A stretch of DNA of 64,000 bases from an uncultured Nitrososphaerota archaeon (GTDB taxonomy: Archaea > Thermoproteota > Nitrososphaeria > Nitrososphaerales > CADDZS01). Below, piece by piece: positions 60,500-64,000 of this stretch (the first letter of the stretch is position 1; the number at the start of each line of letters is the position of its first letter). The notes below the pieces were generated by a model that made no database searches, was not told the DNA's origin, and saw nothing but the letters and a program-made list of their open reading frames with translations. The stretch covers positions 480,001-544,000 of the forward strand of contig CAWCYI010000006.1 of the NCBI GenBank assembly GCA_963799845.1, in the 5' to 3' direction. A program made the position numbers and the translations under genes.

Positions 60500-61531
60500 G
60501 TGAAATTAAATTTGCGTATCGCTGTAGTCGGCCTTGGAGTCGCGGGAAGTTATCTTCTAAACCGTCTCAGTAAGGAGCATGAAGTTACTGGATATGAAAT
60601 GCAGAAGGAGGGGGAATTCCAGGCAGTATGTGCGTGGGGTACTTCCAAAAATGAATTGAAGAAGATAATGAAGCCTCTTGGGATCGATTTCGAGAAATAC
60701 GTTCTGTTTAACGGGAAGGAAATGGCCGTCGATACCGGAAAGGAGGAATTTAGACGAATCCCACTGATAGGGCTCGTCACTTACGACAAGCACCAGCTCG
60801 AAGTCGATCTTACGAAGGGAAAGAATGCGAAATTCGGAGTAAAGGCAACGCCATCGCTTCTCAAAGACGAGAATTACGATATGATAATAGACTGCACCAG
60901 CATCCACCGAGCATTTTTACCAAAAGTTAAGGAAGATCTGTGGGTGCCATGTGTAGAGTACAGGGTCGACTATGGCAAGGGGAACACTCCCTATCAGGAT
61001 TTCTTCATCCGACCGTTCGAGGGCTTGAGTGGATATTTTTGGTATTTCCCGCTTGAAGACGGACTCGCCTACGTCGGGGCGGGAGATTTTAACAAACACC
61101 ACAACGAATTCCTGGATAAATTCAATTCGGACAACCCGGGCAAACTGATCAAGAAGATTGGCAGACCGATCAGGATTTCGCCGCCAAAGTACTGCGAGCC
61201 GTTCTACATCGGGAATGTTGTTGGCTGCGGCGAATCGATCGGCACTGTGTTTCCACTCCTGGGTGAAGGAATTATTCCCAGCCTCCAGTGCGCGGACCTG
61301 CTTTGTAAGAATCTGACCGATCTTCCGGCATACAGGAAAGCTGTCTTGGAAAAGTTCGAATACTTCAATTACGTTTACGACATTATCAAACTGAAATTCG
61401 CTGGAAAGTTCAACATGGTGAGACACCTGCCCTTAATGCTGAAGACCTACCGCGAGATGAAGAAGATGGAAGATCGGTTTGGTCTCGAAGTCAGGTTGGC
61501 TGATTTCAAAGATATCATTTCAACCTACTAG
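60500..61531 (+). CDS. Geranylgeranyl reductase-like FAD oxidoreductase
   Basis: VVGLGVAG, GYFWYFP, GESIG..PLLGEGI. Confidence 0.8.
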   Translation: MKLNLRIAVVGLGVAGSYLLNRLSKEHEVTGYEMQKEGEFQAVCAWGTSKNELKKIMKPLGIDFEKYVLFNGKEMAVDTGKEEFRRIPLIGLVTYDKHQLEVDLTKGKNAKFGVKATPSLLKDENYDMIIDCTSIHRAFLPKVKEDLWVPCVEYRVDYGKGNTPYQDFFIRPFEGLSGYFWYFPLEDGLAYVGAGDFNKHHNEFLDKFNSDNPGKLIKKIGRPIRISPPKYCEPFYIGNVVGCGESIGTVFPLLGEGIIPSLQCADLLCKNLTDLPAYRKAVLEKFEYFNYVYDIIKLKFAGKFNMVRHLPLMLKTYREMKKMEDRFGLEVRLADFKDIISTY

Positions 61532-61573
61532 ATTTTATCTTCGAGAGTTCTCTGGACACCTCCCTGAGAATAA

Positions 61574-61978
61574 TTGATTTCTTACGAAAAAGCGCCCGAC
61601 GTCGAACAGCTCGCAGCCCTCGTCATTCGGGCGCTTACTCTGGATTATATCGACACCAACAGGCTACATTTTTACAGGAGCACCGGCAGCAGGTCAAGGC
61701 GAGTCCAGGCTAGAATTCATGGCATGGGGAAAATCTGGTTTGACGCGCTGGGATTGAAACCGCATTATATCATCGAAGTGATTTCCGAAGAGTTCGACCG
61801 GCTTGAACAGATCGAAAAAGAGAGGGTTGTCATCCATGAGCTGATGCATATCCCTTCAAAATTCAGCGGCGGTTTTGTGCCCCACAAGGGAAAAATAAAT
61901 CGAAGATCGGTCGAGAAAATGCACAAGGTATATTCTGAACGGAAAAATTCTCTCGACTCGTTTGTGAAGTCGCAGTGA
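61574..61978 (+). CDS. Putative metallopeptidase
   Basis: VVIHELMHIP..F.GG..PH. Confidence 0.8.
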   Translation: MISYEKAPDVEQLAALVIRALTLDYIDTNRLHFYRSTGSRSRRVQARIHGMGKIWFDALGLKPHYIIEVISEEFDRLEQIEKERVVIHELMHIPSKFSGGFVPHKGKINRRSVEKMHKVYSERKNSLDSFVKSQ

Positions 61979-62062
61979 TCACTAGACAATATTACGGAAC
62001 GTTTTTTTAACAGCTGAAGGATTGGGATCGGGTGGCTTAGGAGTGCATCAACCAGGCATCGA

Positions 62063-62372
62063 ATGGGAGCCAGGCAAAACCAAAGAGGAGGAGCTCGACG
62101 TCGTCAGGCAGTTCTTGTAGACTTTGAATTTCCTCCGCCATCAATTTCCCCAATTTATGCAAAGCCGGTATCCTACCTGATGATAGCAGCGCTCGCACTC
62201 ACTTTTTCCGGATTTGAGCTCGCCAGGCCACACATGGCGAAATTTACAAAGTCTCAAATGTCTTTCATTAAGCTGATCGCATTCGTTGGGATCGCTCTAG
62301 CTGCGTACGAAGTTTTCTACAACTTTGCCATCTGGACAGCAGAGATTGCGACAAATTCCCTCTTGGGTGTTC
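62063..62372 (+). pseudogene. Membrane protein truncated by a mobile insertion
   Basis: TM helices to ...NSLLGV, then the reading frame runs into hairpin/IS sequence. Confidence 0.55.
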
Positions 62373-62394
62373 GTGACATCCTCCCACGGCTGAA

Positions 62395-63573
62395 CAGTAG
62401 ATGCGAATCAAGTATGCTTTCCTCTCATGTCAAATGACCCACTCATTATTAGACCGATGAGATAGAGTTTCATTTGGATTACTTTGATCGATACATAGTC
62501 ATTCGGATGGAGTATCTCTCGATCGGCATTGTACATGACCCACGCGTTGTATACAAGACATGCAAAGAGATAGTAAAATAACCTTACAACATAGTTCCTT
62601 GATGTTGTTTTTACCAGGAACTGATTTGACATCCGGTAGCTCGTCTCTATGCCCCAACGATTCTTGAACAATCTCAATACTGTCTCAGCTTTGTAGGGAA
62701 GATTGGTTGCAAACAGGTACTTGTAATCCTTTGATTTGTCGTAGACCACGACCACATCAAATGACGTTTGTTCGGACTTTCTTCTCCTGTGTCCACTAGT
62801 CGTGTATGTGAATCTCCTGCCATTCCAGAGCCTCATTTTCTTTGTGCTGTAGGTCGGAGCCATTCGGACGATGTACTTGAGTCCAGATTCCTCAAGAAAT
62901 CTCAGGAAGCCTGTGCTAAGGAATCCACCGTCAAACACCAAGTATCGAATTCTGATTTCCAGCTCTTCTCGCAGTTTTCGCACAATTTGTTCGGCAGATG
63001 AAGCAAGTTCCGCAGCTGATTCTAACCCTGTAACAGCTACGATCAGTCTTTCCCCATCTACCAGAACAGAAGCTGTAAGATACTTGAACGCATAATTGCT
63101 TCCATCTCGGTGCATGGTTCCGATGACCATCGGTGTTTCTTCATGATCGCCGTAATACATGACATCGTGCAGATCCACCGCTACGGGGACTGGAAGTCGT
63201 AATTTCCGTCGTTTTCGGAGCTTCTTTACATTCATGTCTACCAAATCATCGAAGATTCGTTTGAGCCTCTCTTCTCTTTGTGATTTGATGTACGAAAGAA
63301 GAGTTTCTGCTGTCGGTGATTCGTCTAGAGACTTTGAAACACCTTCTGCAAACCCATTCACCAAGCTTGCAGAAATAAGCAGTTTTAGGTGATCGGCTTT
63401 TGAGTAAATGGCTCTCTCCTTGAGGTCGTATGTTAGCAATCCTGAGATACTTTTCTTCACGAATTCATGCAGCTTTCTTGAATTGACCTTCAATGAATGT
63501 CGGAAAGAAGCCCTAAGGCACGCTGGCCATAATAATTACGGCCGAAAACGCTTGAATTCATTCGCATCTACTG
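62395..63573 (-). mobile_element. ISH3/IS4-like insertion sequence
   Basis: Perfect 14-bp TIR CAGTAGATGCGAAT / ATTCGCATCTACTG. Confidence 0.9.
62408..63493 (-). CDS. ISH3/IS4-family DDE transposase
   Basis: AVDLH, FDGGF, FKNRWGIETSYR, LVYNAW. Confidence 0.9.
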   Translation of the reverse strand: MKVNSRKLHEFVKKSISGLLTYDLKERAIYSKADHLKLLISASLVNGFAEGVSKSLDESPTAETLLSYIKSQREERLKRIFDDLVDMNVKKLRKRRKLRLPVPVAVDLHDVMYYGDHEETPMVIGTMHRDGSNYAFKYLTASVLVDGERLIVAVTGLESAAELASSAEQIVRKLREELEIRIRYLVFDGGFLSTGFLRFLEESGLKYIVRMAPTYSTKKMRLWNGRRFTYTTSGHRRRKSEQTSFDVVVVYDKSKDYKYLFATNLPYKAETVLRLFKNRWGIETSYRMSNQFLVKTTSRNYVVRLFYYLFACLVYNAWVMYNADREILHPNDYVSIKVIQMKLYLIGLIMSGSFDMRGKHT

Positions 63574-63643
63574 TAAAGCATGTGGGATTTCCCGCTCGCA
63601 AGTGTTAACGATAGCTGGGAGAGAAGAAGACTATCACGAAAAA

Positions 63644-63774
63644 AGCCTCGGGCGGGATTCGGACCCGCGACCTCGAGAGTACTGAGCCGTCCAAGGTGGA
63701 AAAGCTCATCCTTACCAAGGTCGCGCTAAAGCCATCTGTTTGTCAGACTCTAGCTGAGGCTGAGCTACCGAGGC
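63644..63774 (-). tRNA. tRNA-Thr(GGT) with two non-canonical introns
   Basis: GCCTCGG/CCGAGGC acceptor; CGACC-TT-GGT-AA-GGTCG after removing a 33-nt 40/41 intron; about 22-nt D-arm intron. Confidence 0.85.
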
Positions 63775-64000
63775 ACTTGAAGGAATGAACCGAAACCTGC
63801 CAGATTCCGTTTAAAATCTTTCTCGGGATGATCTTTCAAATTTTCAGAAATTGTAAAGATTTATCTGAATTGCACAAACTGTCTTTGATCTTCTCAAATT
63901 GAAACTTGTCGACGCGCACATTCACTGTTCTGAGCTGCCCGATGACGAGCTGATCAATTTCGCGAGATTCAACGGTCTAGAATACAATCTCACGGAGCTC

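Noticed and set aside
1-64000. CRISPR array or cas genes
   Set aside because: No regularly spaced repeats or cas motifs seen
1-64000. Genome-wide TAG recoding (pyrrolysine)
   Set aside because: Many intact genes end in TAG at the expected position (e.g. 1783, 52410, 61531)

Overview
Archaeal chromosomal window, most likely a non-ammonia-oxidising Nitrososphaerota (Thaumarchaeota)-like lineage. This is inferred from the gene set: HMf-type histone, SMC/ScpA/ScpB, FtsZ, RadA, Lsm/RIO2, Rqc2, BHB-intron tRNAs, class III cyclase-TPR and wHTH families. Layout: (i) an accessory region at about 1-18.4 kb with a copper/cupredoxin cluster, a KaiC-like ATPase plus multi-TM gene, a candidate RiPP precursor with a class I prenyltransferase-fold enzyme, duplicated wHTH and Lrp regulators, ftsZ, an HNH gene and decayed cyclase-TPR genes, punctuated by three copies of a 28-bp site; (ii) a core region at about 18.5-50.8 kb (smc-scpAB, pyrG, radA, asnS, purA, uppS and others) with one IS481; (iii) a second accessory region at about 51-59.8 kb ending at a multi-intron tRNA-Glu, followed by a histone, an ISH3-type IS and a two-intron tRNA-Thr. 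Best candidates for new biology: the NHLP-leader peptide/prenyltransferase/KaiC-sensor locus, the repeated 11-6-11 site with a tRNA T-arm-like half, a tRNA-Glu that appears to hold four introns, and a structured 3' element more conserved than its host genes. Several frameshifts may be assembly errors. All calls come from reading motifs by eye; no searches were run.
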